Shown here in pieces: positions 1-12,700 of a DNA stretch of 51,035 nt. The notes under the pieces were generated by a model. It worked only from the letters and a program-made list of their open reading frames with translations. It was not told where the DNA came from and did not search any database. Source of the DNA: Sphaeroforma arctica JP610. Its lineage: Eukaryota. The stretch's first letter is position 1. Each line of letters starts with the position of its first letter. The stretch spans positions 37,040-88,074 of the forward strand of contig NW_014040231.1 in assembly GCF_001186125.1 (NCBI RefSeq). The letters are read 5' to 3'. Made by a program: the position numbers and the translations under genes.

Positions 1-333
1 ATCTAGAGTATTTTTTTTCTTTTATTTTTTTCTAAAGATATGATTTTATGAGTCTCTCGGATTCGCCCCAACAAAACATACCATAGTTTCTCATAGAGCG
101 ACAACGAAACACTAAATAAAATCCCTTCGGCGAAAACAGTACTGAGAGGATTATATATAGGCAATGTCTCGGCCTCACAATCCCTCAGAGTATTGCTGTT
201 TTCACGAGGCATACCTAACTTTACCAAAAGACTCATTTCCTTTATTTACTTCGAATTTCACGACACTTAGACTTTACCTACGCGTTTAATTACTCTAAGG
301 CATTATTATCGCCTTGATAGACCGAATCCTACA
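1..333 (+). repeat. 3' part of a family-A gypsy LTR, cut by the window start
   Basis: Closely matches 23655-23967 (shared gagtctctcggattcgccc...gagaggattatatataggcaatgtc...gaccgaat) and ends in ...ACA at 333. Confidence 0.85.
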
Positions 334-3300
334 TGACGAGTATACTGGTCCATCAATCACACTGCAAGCGTTTATATGCGTGCATGTGGTCGCTGTGGTA
401 CTAAGAAAAGTTCACTAGTATGTGACAATTGTCAAGCAAAGGGCTACAATGCTTTTGTTTACGGTAAACGTGCCAATAAAGACATTTTCCCTCGTTCTAT
501 CATCCCATTTATTACTTGTCTTACAACCGACAATTCTACATGTCACCACAAAGACAAACTACATATCGACAGCGGTGCTGGGGTCAACGATATCCCCTCT
601 AGACTTGCACATCTTCTTACCAATATAGAAGTGGGTAGCTTTCCACTACGCCTCGCTGATGACTCGATAACAACCTGGGGACGGACTGACTATTTATTTA
701 TTTATTTATTATATTTTCTTAAGTGGCCATCAAATTTAGTTCTAAAATATTGATTGCATGATTCTATTATTAGAGATTAATATTTCTTAAGAGGTATTAA
801 AAAGGCACCAAAAGTGCCAACCGTCCATTTAACTAAAAGAATTGAATCTTTATTAGATTTTTAGAAATGCTTAATAAAATTTCAATGATGGCTGAGACTC
901 GGCGGCCTATAAAAGTCGGGTGCCTCCTGACTAAGATCTCAGTTTTTTACTTGTTACTTTAGAGTAACAAGTAATAACAACCGGACTTGTAAGCTAACTT
1001 ACTTTTAGTCTCTTGCGTTATAATTCAATTAGTCAATTTACTTTAGCTATTAAAGTCCATAACGGTTTATAACACACCAAAACAACACGCGATCAATGTA
1101 GGTAACTACAGTTACACTACAACTACTACCCCCCACCAACCACTTGCTAACTCAATTGTGCCTCCAGGCAGAACCTCAACCCCGACCGTTCCTGCCTGGG
1201 GCAAGACGCAAACATATGACTCCTGTCATCGGGTCATGGGTCATCTCAATCGTGCAACAGCACTCAAAATGGCTAAGAAGGCAGGCATTATACTCACATA
1301 TTCATCACCACCACACATTAAGACAGAAGAATTGATGATCAATCGACAAGATGTCAAAAGGGGCCTTGTACACTTACAAGTCGAATGTGATTTCGACCTT
1401 TGTGCCAATAAGGACAGCGCATTGATGCACCTATCCGCTGGCCCGGATGCCGGTATAGTGGACGATTGAAGAAAGATCAATTTTATAGACTACAAATTAT
1501 GCTATGCAATCTCCAAGTGGTCTGATATCTTTGAGATGCTGGCCGTCAACGCGGCATGTGGTACTAAACTTGTAATGGTACTTCCACTTCGTCCTTGTGC
1601 TCGATGATGGAACATATTTGTGTCCCGAATATAATCACAACCATATATTACTCAGAATGATCACATTTCTCAGACATGGTGGCGTCACCGTTGGTAAGCC
1701 ATCATGAACATACACATTGATTGCTCTTGTGGGACGAATTCATACTGCTATGTCCCCAACCAAGCCATTCAATAACGCCACGAACCAACCCCGAATATCC
1801 CAAACACTGCCCAGTGTGTATTGAGGGCAAACTCAAGAACAAGAATGTGCAACACACCACCACAGACACACCACACAATCTTGGTGAGCAATTAAATATG
1901 GTTCTAGAAGGCCCTATGCCGGCTGATTGCAATGGAAATAAATACACTCTCAATATGGTATGCGATGGCAGTAAATATGGGATACACTCCCTTCTTTCTT
2001 CCAAACAAAATATGCACAAGCACATTAAGTCACTTATCGCACAAATTCTACGCCAGTGAAAACCACTTACAATTGTGGCCGATGGGGACTCAGTATTTTA
2101 AAGTACAGACGTCATTCTCCTCAGACGCTTGCCCCCCAACACACCTCAATTGAATGGGTTAGATGAACGTACACACGAAGCCTTCAATGAACTGACACGC
2201 ACTGCACTTCTTGACGCAGGCATACCATTGCCTATTTGGGGTTATGTAAAAACTTGGGCGGACTGGCTCCGTATCACGACACTTGCCACAAAAAGCAACC
2301 ACAACACCCCACACGAAATATTTCATCAACAAAAACTTATTCGTGATCCCACTGCACGTTTTCGATGCATTGTAGCATTTCGATTGTCTGGCGATACACT
2401 AAAAAAGACACATAAGTACAGCACACGTGTTGGTCTCGTTGTATTCCTCGCATCCAGAATCTTGCCACTCAACACATCATCAACTGCCGTGATGTACGCT
2501 TTTACACCAACGAGAACGCACAATGGTCCAAGGATGGTAAGCGTGCTACACGCTCTAACAACTCCACCTCATGCACCATTCCGACATTATGACACCGTAA
2601 CAATAACACTAGCCACGTTCACATACATCCCAAGTCACACCCCGTCCCTGACATCGATTCCACACCTCCCCCGGCTACAACACAAACTCACAACTCAACA
2701 TCCGCAACCACACATACGCCACAGGCACCCGATGTCATGCTGCCCACCCTCACAATGTATGACCCCGCTACTACTGAACATACCTCCATACCGGCGCGGT
2801 CTACAGCTCCTGAGCCAGTCCACGTCTCTGCTACTCCACAACCAGCTTCCGATGATCTCTCGGCTGATACTTCTCTGGTGCCAATTATCCAGTATTCCCA
2901 GCTTTCCTGCCCCAGCTCAACCCCATGATTAGTTTCATGATGCGCTCGACAATGAATTCCCATCACCTGACAACTCTACACTCAACAATCATGGTTCTTG
3001 TACATCTCACTCGCACACTTCGAGCTCTGATTAACAGTCAATGTTAGACACATCACCCAACTCTTCTTCCCGCGCCGGCCTGGTGGGCTTCGTCGCTGGA
3101 CACATATGCACAATCTATTGCACGCAAACAAGCAATACTTACAACGTACACATCAACGAGCAATTCTTGACGACTATGAACTTCGTTCTCGCAATACTAT
3201 TCCACCCACACCTTCACACCGTCCGCAACATTCACAACTTCCTGCATCGGTTGTTACACCACTCTCACAACCAATCACACACTCACAATCGTCACCGGAC

Positions 3301-5484
3301 TCCACAAAATCATCATACACACCCACACCTGCGGGCAATGTCCCACGTGCCATCGAATGGCCGAGTCTATTTGATGTTGTGTCGGAACTTCCATATTCTC
3401 CCAATACTCGCCCATCTGACATACCGTCCCGGCGACCGGTGCACTCCACTCCGTTACCACCTAGCCCACAGCCACCATTGACACCACATCCTACTCTGGC
3501 TTCCCCACTCCTGCACCATCACGTGCGGAACCGGTAATTCATCCAACCGCGTTTTCGGTCATTCCCACCACTCGACCCGAGCCTACCGTACTCGAAATGG
3601 CATCACTTCTTGACGATAGTGTCCCTAAATTAATCCCTGCCGCTATGAAACTCAACAATTGGCCACTGTGGCAGACTGCCATCACGAAAGAATATAACGC
3701 CCATGTTCGCAACAACCTCTCTGATATCATAACACACGATACTGTACCGGCACACGCCAAAATAATACACTTTAAATATGTATTTGCTCGAAAGTATGAT
3801 GAACACGGACAACCAACCGTATATAAAGCACGCATGGTTGCACGAGGTGACGAGCAAAAGAAGGGTGACTCATGCTTGGTACACATTTGCACCAGCTGCA
3901 TCCGCCGTTGCACTCCAACTGCTCATTGCTGCCGCAGCAGCTTCTGGCAAGGTCATTCACCACTTTGATGTTGATACAGCTTTTCTCTACTGTAAAATTG
4001 ATACACCAGTATACATGTACCCCCCCAAAGGTGCCATTGAACTTGAATCTGTGCTTCGTCTTAAACGTGAACTATACGGGCTTAAACAAGCCGGACGCCT
4101 ATGGAACTTTGATATTAGGGACACATTAAAATAAAATGGCTTCACCCAAAGCGCTGCCGACGAGAACATTTGGAACCACACCACAAGAAACATTACAGTC
4201 ATTATGTATGTTGACCAAATTTGCCCTGCCACCCTCCCCAATACCAACGACAGCAAAAGACCTCGGTCTTGTGAAACACTTAGTGGGCCTTCTTGTAACT
4301 CAACATCTCAACGAATCTCTCAGTATTGACCAACATGCATACATCGAACGTATGCTGCATACATTTCAACTCACTGATCGCAATCCAAAACATACACCTG
4401 GCTGCGACACACACTCCGGCCACCTTGATGGGGCACCGTACACTGGCAAATACCGTCGTTTACTTGGCGCACTGGCGTACGCAGCAATCATGACACGCAT
4501 TGATATTGCATGCACTCTCAACATGCTTGCATCATTCAACACACAGCCACTACCGTCCCACTATGAGGCACTCGAGCGTATACTTCTATAACTTGGAACA
4601 ACCAAACAATATCGCATCACATACAACCCATTCAACAACCGCAAGGGACGTGAGGCAGATGTTCTTGTTGCTTACACAGACTTAGACTGGGCAACGTGCC
4701 CCCTCACCCGCAAGACACACTCAGGCATGCTCATATGTCGCAATAACTGACCTGTCTTTTGGAAATCTCAGCGTCAGAAGGTGTCAGTCCTAGCTCTGGA
4801 GAAGCCGAATACATGGCGGCTTCGGGAACTGCTCGAAACATAGCATGGACACGCAACACTCTTGCAGATTTACGCTGCTACCCCCATCAGCCTATATCCC
4901 TCCACATAGACAACCAAAGTGCAATTAAGATTGCACTTGGCACTGGCACGCCAAAGGGACTCAAACATATAGACATCCGCCACCACTATCTGCGCGACTG
5001 TGCTCGCCGCCACAGCTCAACCTTCACGACATCGAGAACCCCGCGAAATTACATACAAAGAGCCTTGGCCACACTAAGCACGAGAAGTTCACCACCATGC
5101 TAGTAGACACACGCTAACACAAACACACACCTTCACACACACACAACGCACCAACACATACACACGCACGCTATCTAACTAGTGCGAGACTGAAAGGAAC
5201 TTTCTCTTGTACCCGGCTATACATACATACCCTGGCACAAACATCACCCAGCCACATCATCCAGACAGCACCCCTGAAGCCCTGACCACTTTCGTCTCTC
5301 CAATTCAGTCTGTCATCAATTTTACCTGCCAATCACAAAAATTACATCCAGTCATCAATTTTTTACCCAATCACAAAAATTCATTCTCCTGGCCAATCAT
5401 AATCACACTCCAGCGACAATTCCCGACTCCTCGCGAATTTTCCCCTACTTCGAGAAACCTGTTCTAGGTATCAGGGAGGGTGTA
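334..5484 (+). mobile_element. Decayed Ty1/copia LTR retrotransposon (gag end, PR, IN, RT, RH), interrupted by insertions
   Basis: Domains are in copia order. Degenerate knuckle CDNCQAKGYN, protease HIDSGA (~562-579), HRVMGHLN and CPVC of the integrase Zn region, integrase core PQLNGLDER (~2140). RT motifs YKARMVARG, DVDTAFL, LYGLKQAGRLWN, MYVD (3820-4215). RNase H motifs YTDLDWA, EAEYMA, IDNQSAI, KHIDIRHH (4670-4990). Purine run AGGGAGGG then TG at 5473-5482. Many frameshifts and stops. Confidence 0.9.
690..1074 (+). repeat. Partial family-E LTR inserted in the copia element
   Basis: Reverse complement of 9146-9368 joined to 9584-9722. Contains TATAAAA at 908 and TCAGT about 30 nt downstream, and ends in ...ACA. 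Confidence 0.8.
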
Positions 5485-8400
5485 CAAGTCTAAACTAACG
5501 TAACCATTATTGAATTTAAATGGTAACAATCAAACTAATAATGTTTTTAACAAGATCAAGAATTAATTCCTTAATCTTATCATTTGGTGGCGACGCTGGG
5601 CTTAATATATCATCGTCAAATTGGTCCTTTATAGGATCCATTCCGTTTGGTAGGCCCATAAGGGTTATCCCAAACGATAATAAGTCATCCATATCAATGA
5701 TACGATCATATGATTAGACATCTCTCTTACTAGATCGGTCTGAACCATTCGATGATCTAACAATGTGATATTAGTATCATTGGCTTTCTCATAACATACA
5801 AGTTCTTTCTCGTTCGGCAGAATAATATGCGTATTCTCTAAAGAAGTTTTCAAAAGTGTTACACGATGAGAAAGACATGATATTTGAGAACCAGGATCTA
5901 GTAACGCATTAACCTTTATTCCGTTAACGAAAACTGGTAATATAATACGTTTGTCTTCTTTAGAAGAAATCCTCTTGACCGTCGCCACGTGGTATCAATG
6001 CTGAGTCGTTCCCTTGGGATCATCCTTTGAAGGCCTCTTCTTAATTTGAGCTCTCGGTATTGAAGTACAGGAAGTAGTATGCATTCCATGCGTCTTCTTG
6101 CAAGTTGTACTTTCTAGTGCGTGTTTGCAAGAATATGTTTACCATAAAAATTATGTTTTGATGTAAGACACTGTCACATTCAACACACAACGCATACTTA
6201 GTTATAAAAATTTTCTTCTGTTGTTTTTGTTAAGTGTTCGGCTCCTTTTGGAGTACTTGTCTTGGTTGTGCTCGCTCACGAACTGCTGCTGCATACGTAC
6301 CTTTGTCTAGTTTAGTGTTAACACTAGTTTTAGATGTAGTCGTATGAGTCTCTGAAGGCTTCTCAGTTGGCTGCATAAAGCGGTGTTGTGTCCATTCTTC
6401 GACTGTAAAATCTTTAACGAACATATCCCACGTAAAATCAGTCAAGTCTGCTGACAGTTTTCGGTTTTAGTGTTTAGTCACTTATAACCTTGCCGTGATG
6501 CTCTATTCATAAGATTAGATATCACGTGCATAAACATTATTTAGAATGTTCTGCGTTGGCCCTTGGCCCAGCTTTGCTGACAAAGCTGAGTAAGTCGATT
6601 ATCAAAATCGAGTACGATGGTCTTCACCGGGACATTAAAAATTCCACCATCTAGCATACTAGATGGTAAAGGTAATCGTTTGTCATTACAGGCGATTTCT
6701 TGAACTATGTTAAAGAATTCGTCTGGTGTCTTGGCTGCTAACAGCCTTTCTTTAGATCCGTGTACACTAGTCTCTTCATTACTTCCTGGAACTAACGAAT
6801 GCGTTAACGCTGCGTAATATTCCTTTATAGGAATGTTCTGAATTGACCATTTTTCTGACATCAACTGCATCGTCTTTGATGTCGTATAAATATTAAAGAA
6901 GTCTGCAAGGTTTTCCTTTAAAGAAGTTTATAAGTGCTTTAAAGCACTCTCTCTGTCCTTGACATTTTTGGTCTACGATTTATCACTTAAGTGCTCGACT
7001 GTGTCCTTTGCTTGATTCGATGCAAGCTTTGTGTGGAATTCAATGCGTTTCTGCATTGTTTCCGCATAATTGTAACGGTTCGTTCGTTCATAAATATCTC
7101 TCGCTTGAGAGTATTATTCAATAAAAGCAGTATTATACCTTGCTGATTCTGGAGTGAATTTTGATCTATGATCAGGTATGTCTACCTGTAATCCTGCAAT
7201 CGGTTATAAAACCGGTAAATGCTACCACTTCTTTGAAGAAGATCCTACAGTTATCACAGAATCACTTAAGTGACCTGATGATCCTGTAAAAGAACTTTGT
7301 GAGACATTTGAATGTCCACTCTGTTCTAATGAACTTTTACCATTACTAACATCTTGATCTGAATCTCGATGTCACTTCGTCCTTGAGGACGCTTTTGTTG
7401 TCTGTTCTTCTGTAAGAACTTTTGGTATATTTACATTTTCATGTAATTTAGCCTTACCTTTGCTATTTGAAGTATTCGACTTAGTCGAGATTGTTGAAGT
7501 CTTGTCTGTTTTAGTCTTTGCTTTCTTAGCAGAGGTTATAGCAGCTTTAGCTGCAATTGTTTTAGCTACTCTAGCTTTAGCACTTTTTGTTTTAGCTTCT
7601 GAAGCTTTAGAAGGAGGAAGAAAAAGAATATCAGCTGAACTCTGAAGTTCTTTTCTGGATTCTAATCTCGAGTGTGTGGTACCCGGTATCCGACAACGGC
7701 GGGTATCAGCATTTCCTACTCCTTTGTCTTCATCATCAGATGCAGATGCCCAACTGTGCTGTGAAGCACTTGGTTTAGAACTCTGAAAATCTTGTTCCGC
7801 TACCTGAACTCGAGGTTGTACCTCGCTTGGAGACATCTGTTGCACTCCAGTTTGAATTATCTCTGAAGGGTCATCATAGCTGGATGTTGGAGTCTTTATA
7901 TTTTCAAAGTGCTCAGCGCTTTGCATTTCTGCAGAGCTGTCCACTAATGGACCTTAAGTCTTTGTATGTGTAGGAGTTAACTCCTCTTCACTATCTGAAA
8001 ATAATGAATGTTGACCTTTAGAGGCCTTACGAGGAGGAACCTTTAAAGGTTGATCCTCATCAGACTTAGGATCTAAATCCATAGCCTGTGTACCATCTTC
8101 TAAAGATGATACATTTTCAGTGTTCTTTAAAGAACTAGCAATCTCTCTAGATTTGCTTCTAGTTTGCCTTTGGCTAACTACTTCTCACTCTTCAGGAGAT
8201 GTATCCATTAATGGATTTGGTGCTGTAGAAGCACTTGTTGCTTCAGCAACTTGTGATGTTAAAGTAACATCAGGTACTGTAGAAGCACTTGTTACTTCAG
8301 TAACCTCTGCTTCTTTAGAAGCGTCTTTTGTCTTAATACAGCTTCATTAAGGAGGATCGAGTGTTTAACTCACTTAGGCGGGTTGGCTGCTGAAGGCGAC

Positions 8401-9738
8401 TCTGGCTTCTTCTTCTTGAGGTGCCTCTTAGGAGGCATGCTTCGAACTGAAGTCGCTCAAGGCGAGTCTCCCGTATTTATACTTTTCTGATATCTGAATA
8501 TCTTCAGTCTACTATGAAGTAGACTATAGAGATTTACCTAGTGTACTACTCTAGTGTACTACTACACTATAGTATATTAAGTTGATTCTAAAATCACACG
8601 TAAGTGCAATTTGTAAATCAGCACGTAAGTCCTTATTTTTGATAGCAGCTTTATTTATGGTTGGATTTTAAAATTCGTCTACGCAAGTAGTATTTATAAC
8701 CGTACACGTAAGTGCAAACTTATAAATTATAGATTTTAAGCTATTAAAAAATTAACACGTAAGTGCTATCTATTAATTTTGACACTTCTAAAGTGTTGTT
8801 TCAATATACTAATATATTGATTTAGATTCTAAAATCTATATCACTTTTAAAAGTGAATAACTATATGCCTATAAAGCTATTAATAAACTAACACGTAGGT
8901 GCAAATTTATCAATAATGACACTTCTAAAGGTGTTCGTATCAACATACTATTATATTGATATGAGATTCTTAAATCTGTAGCACTTTTAAAAGTGCATTT
9001 CGTTATAGTTATTCACATCTAAAAGTGAATAATTATACTAGTTTTTAAAAGCTATAACACTTAAGTGTTATTTTCAATAAAAGAATTTTACACGTAAGTG
9101 TACTAGTCAGTTCACTTTTAGCTATTTTGAAGTAACTTAAAAATGTGTAAACCGATGTGGACTTTAATAGCTAAAGTAAATTGACGAATTAAATTAAAAC
9201 GCAAGAGACTAAAAGTAAGTTAGATTGCAAGTCCGGTTGTTAATTGCTTGTTACTTTAAAGTAACAAGTAAAAGACTGAGGCCTTAGTCAGGGAGCACCC
9301 GACTTTTATAGGCCGCCGAGTCTCAGCCTTCATCGATATTTTATTAAGGATTTCTAAAAGTCTAGTAAAACACGGCTGGGATGGAAAGCGCATAATTGTA
9401 GGGGTAACTTATTTGTTTATATTCAGACATTCTGATTCGAGCCTGTTGATTGTTTTGTATAGGGTCTCAAATGGAAAACCCCATTCTAGCCGGAATAAAA
9501 GGCGTCACAAACCTTTTTTGGCGACGGACAAAAAATCGGTGATAAAGTCGACAGGGACTTAGAAAAGCTTACACTTTCAGTAATAAAGATTCAATCCTTT
9601 TAGTTAAATGGACGGTTGGCACTTTTGGCACCTTTTTAATATCTCTTAAGAAATATTAATTTCTAATAATAGAACCATCCAATTAATATTTTTAGAACTG
9701 AATATAAATGGCCGCTTAAGTTTTTACTATCCCTTTTA
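5485..9738 (-). mobile_element. Truncated Ty3/gypsy element E (5' LTR, 5' UTR, gag, protease, start of RT region)
   Basis: LTR ~9146-9738. gag starts MPPKRHLKKKK at 8438 and ends in a Cys/His motif (CKKTHGMHTTSC). Protease LLDPGS lies in ORF 5665-5988. FNNGYVSLDL at ~5490 is homologous to FNDGYVSLDL of element A. Confidence 0.8.
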
Positions 9739-12700
9739 CTAGCATTGGGTGTAACGTCTGTTGGCTGTTTATCATTTGCATGAGCGCTCTATGATCTGTG
9801 CAAAGTGTCATGTCCCTTCCTTTGATATATATTCGGATAAATTTTCCAGACTGTATACCGGTACTGGTAGCTCTTTCGTGTTTGTGCCATAGTGTTGTTG
9901 GGCTGGATTCAGGTCTTTAGAGAAGTAGAGAAAATCTCTCCTGACTCCGTCGATGACTTGAATAAACATTATCCTGTGTCATAGTCACTAGCATCGTTCA
10001 TGTTCCGAAACGGTACCCAATCAACATGCTAGTGTCGCCGTAAACGCGATGGCTCCTTTGAGTTCTTCCCACTTGTTTTTGAGTTCCGGTGTCCATAACA
10101 TGGATACACTTTGGTTCATGTTACCTTTCATTGGGTTACGGAAGCGTTTAGTTGTGTGGGCGAAGTTGGGGATGTGTTCACGCATATAGTTTGCTAGTCC
10201 AGCCGCTCTGTGTAGATCTCTTAGTGTTCTGGGTAATGGCCAGTCCATCAATCTTTTCTGCTGTTCAGGATCAGCTTTGAGCCCTTGTGTAGTTTCTTTC
10301 ACCCCTAGAATGTTGACCACTTTGACCGCGAAGGCATTCTTGTTGTGATTGAGTCGGAAGCTCGCTCCATGGTCACGCATATAGTTCGCTAGTCCCGCAG
10401 CTCTGTGTAGATCTCTTATTGTTATGGGTGGTGGCCAGTCATTCTTTCTTTTCTGACTTTTAGGATCAGCTTTGTGCCCTTGTGCAGTTTCTTTCACCCT
10501 TAGAATGTTGGCCACTTTGATCGCGAAGGCACACTTGCTATGATTGAGTCGAAAGCCCTTGTGTAGTTTCTTTCACCCCTAGAATGTCGACCACTTTGAC
10601 CGCGAAGACACACTTGTTGTGATTGAGTCGAAATCTCGCTCCATGGTCACGCATATAGTTCGCTAGTCCCGCCGCTCTGTGTAGATTTCTTGTTGTTCTG
10701 GGTAGTGACCAGTCAATCTTTCTTTTCTGACTTTTAGGATCAGCTTTGAGCTCTTGTGCAGTTTCTTTCATCCCTAGAATGTTGGCCACTTTGACCGCGA
10801 AGGCACACTTGCTGTAATTGAGTCGGAAATTCACTCCATTCAGCCGTTTGCTTATTTCACGAACTGTCTTGCGTTGTTCTTCTTCTGTAAGGCTTGTAAT
10901 GACTATGTCATCTACATACACTTGCACACATTTGATGTCTATGTGAAAATTTGCCATTTCTCTCTGAAGTTGTGCTGTGAGTCAGTGCATACCAAACGGC
11001 GCTGACTTGAATAGTATTGCGCTCCCTTCACGAGAATGTGTAGAAGTGTTGGCTTGCTTCGTCTACTAAGAAGTGGTCGATCCCTCCTGTGAGAACTAGT
11101 TTTGAGAAGAACTGTGCTCCTTGTAGGTTGCGTATTACCTAATTTATTTTTGGTAGCACGAACTTGTCTTGTTCGTAATGAGAATCAATCTCGCGTACGT
11201 CCAAACACATTCTTACTTTCTTGAAGAGATCATTTTGGTAATATTCCCTTGTAGATAACAAGGGTAAGCTCACCGTTGTCTGTGTCATCCGTTTGTATAT
11301 GTGACCGTCTGTATGCCACCCCTTCACATTTTCATATGTTTGTGGGATGTACCTATGTGGTACAAAGTTTACTTTGTCGGGCCTCATTTGTCTGACACTA
11401 ATTCCATTTGCAGGTACAGTGACTTTAGAGCCTGTTATGTTGAAATGTACGTCAGGAAGTATATTCCCGTTGGTTTCTAGGTCTGCAGGTGACTCTCTGA
11501 ACCCTTCTTGTTCGTGCTCTGGGCCTTGCTCATGTGGAGTGAGTAGTGATTCTCTTTTTGCATCTGTTGATATAAGTGGAATTCTAAATACTGCTATGTA
11601 TATACCTATGTATGAAAGTATGTCCATACCTAGAAGTATTGGTGTCTTCTTGTTTGGTATGTCCAACACTTCAAAACATTGAGAGGCTTTCCTTCCTCCA
11701 TAATTAATGCCACATACTTGGGTTGACCCTGTTCTTTGTATTCTCGCATCTGTTTGTGCTATATGTATGTAGTCCGGTTGCGCTCTGACTGATAGATAGA
11801 GTTCAGTTACTATACGTTTGTCCATACCTGAGCGTTGTGTTCCAGAGTCTACTAGGACATTGTATGTGTTGTCATTAATTTGTATATCAATGTGTAATCT
11901 TTGGTCTCGTGGTGCGGGAAGCAAGGATAAAGGTTGGTATTTTATATCATTTGTATTTATTGACAATGTTCCTTTAGCTGTATGTACATCTAGCCTGTCA
12001 GCCAGGTCAATCATATTTGCTTCCGCCCACCAGTTGTTGCAGGACTCACCGCTATTTGTTATCTCTTCTACCATCCCTGAGGTAAGCGTTAGTCTAGCTA
12101 GTTGCACATCGTTTTTGGCACGCTTCTCAGCCTTCTTGTTCTGATTTGATGTCATCATATGACATAGACTGAATCGATGTGGGGTAGCTGATACCTTACA
12201 ATAAGAACATGCACGTTCTTCGCGCGCCCCTTTCTTCTCTTGCGGTTGTCCTGTAAATTTGTCTGTCGTGATGCGCCATTGTCTAGTTTGTGACGTTTGG
12301 TAGCAGTGGTTGTGGCGTTCTGTGTTTGGCAGTGAGTAGTCACGTTCGAGTTGTATTTCTTACGCTCGCTGTGGTATTTTGCTGCGTCTCTTATGAACGC
12401 TTCAGTAAAATAATACAGCACACTATGTTTCATGTCTGATAAGTGATCGTCACTTCTATTAGTGAGTTTTTATGCTTTAATGATTGCGTCTACCTTCTCT
12501 TGCCGTTCATAGTAGATGAGTGCCATGTATCTCGCCACCTTGAGGATTTGCGTATGTATTGGCTCCTTATCCGTGTTTCGGTATCACTCTTCTAACACTT
12601 GCATTGTTCTATGCAGCCGCTCTGTGTGCACCTCTACATTCAGATGTTGTCATTGAGAAACTTTTCTAACAGATAGCCTACCGAGTGATGTCTGAGTCTA

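Noticed and set aside
2326..4256. Minus-strand ORFs over the copia element and similar antisense ORFs over the gypsy elements
   Set aside because: They are shadows of TE coding frames with no motifs of their own.
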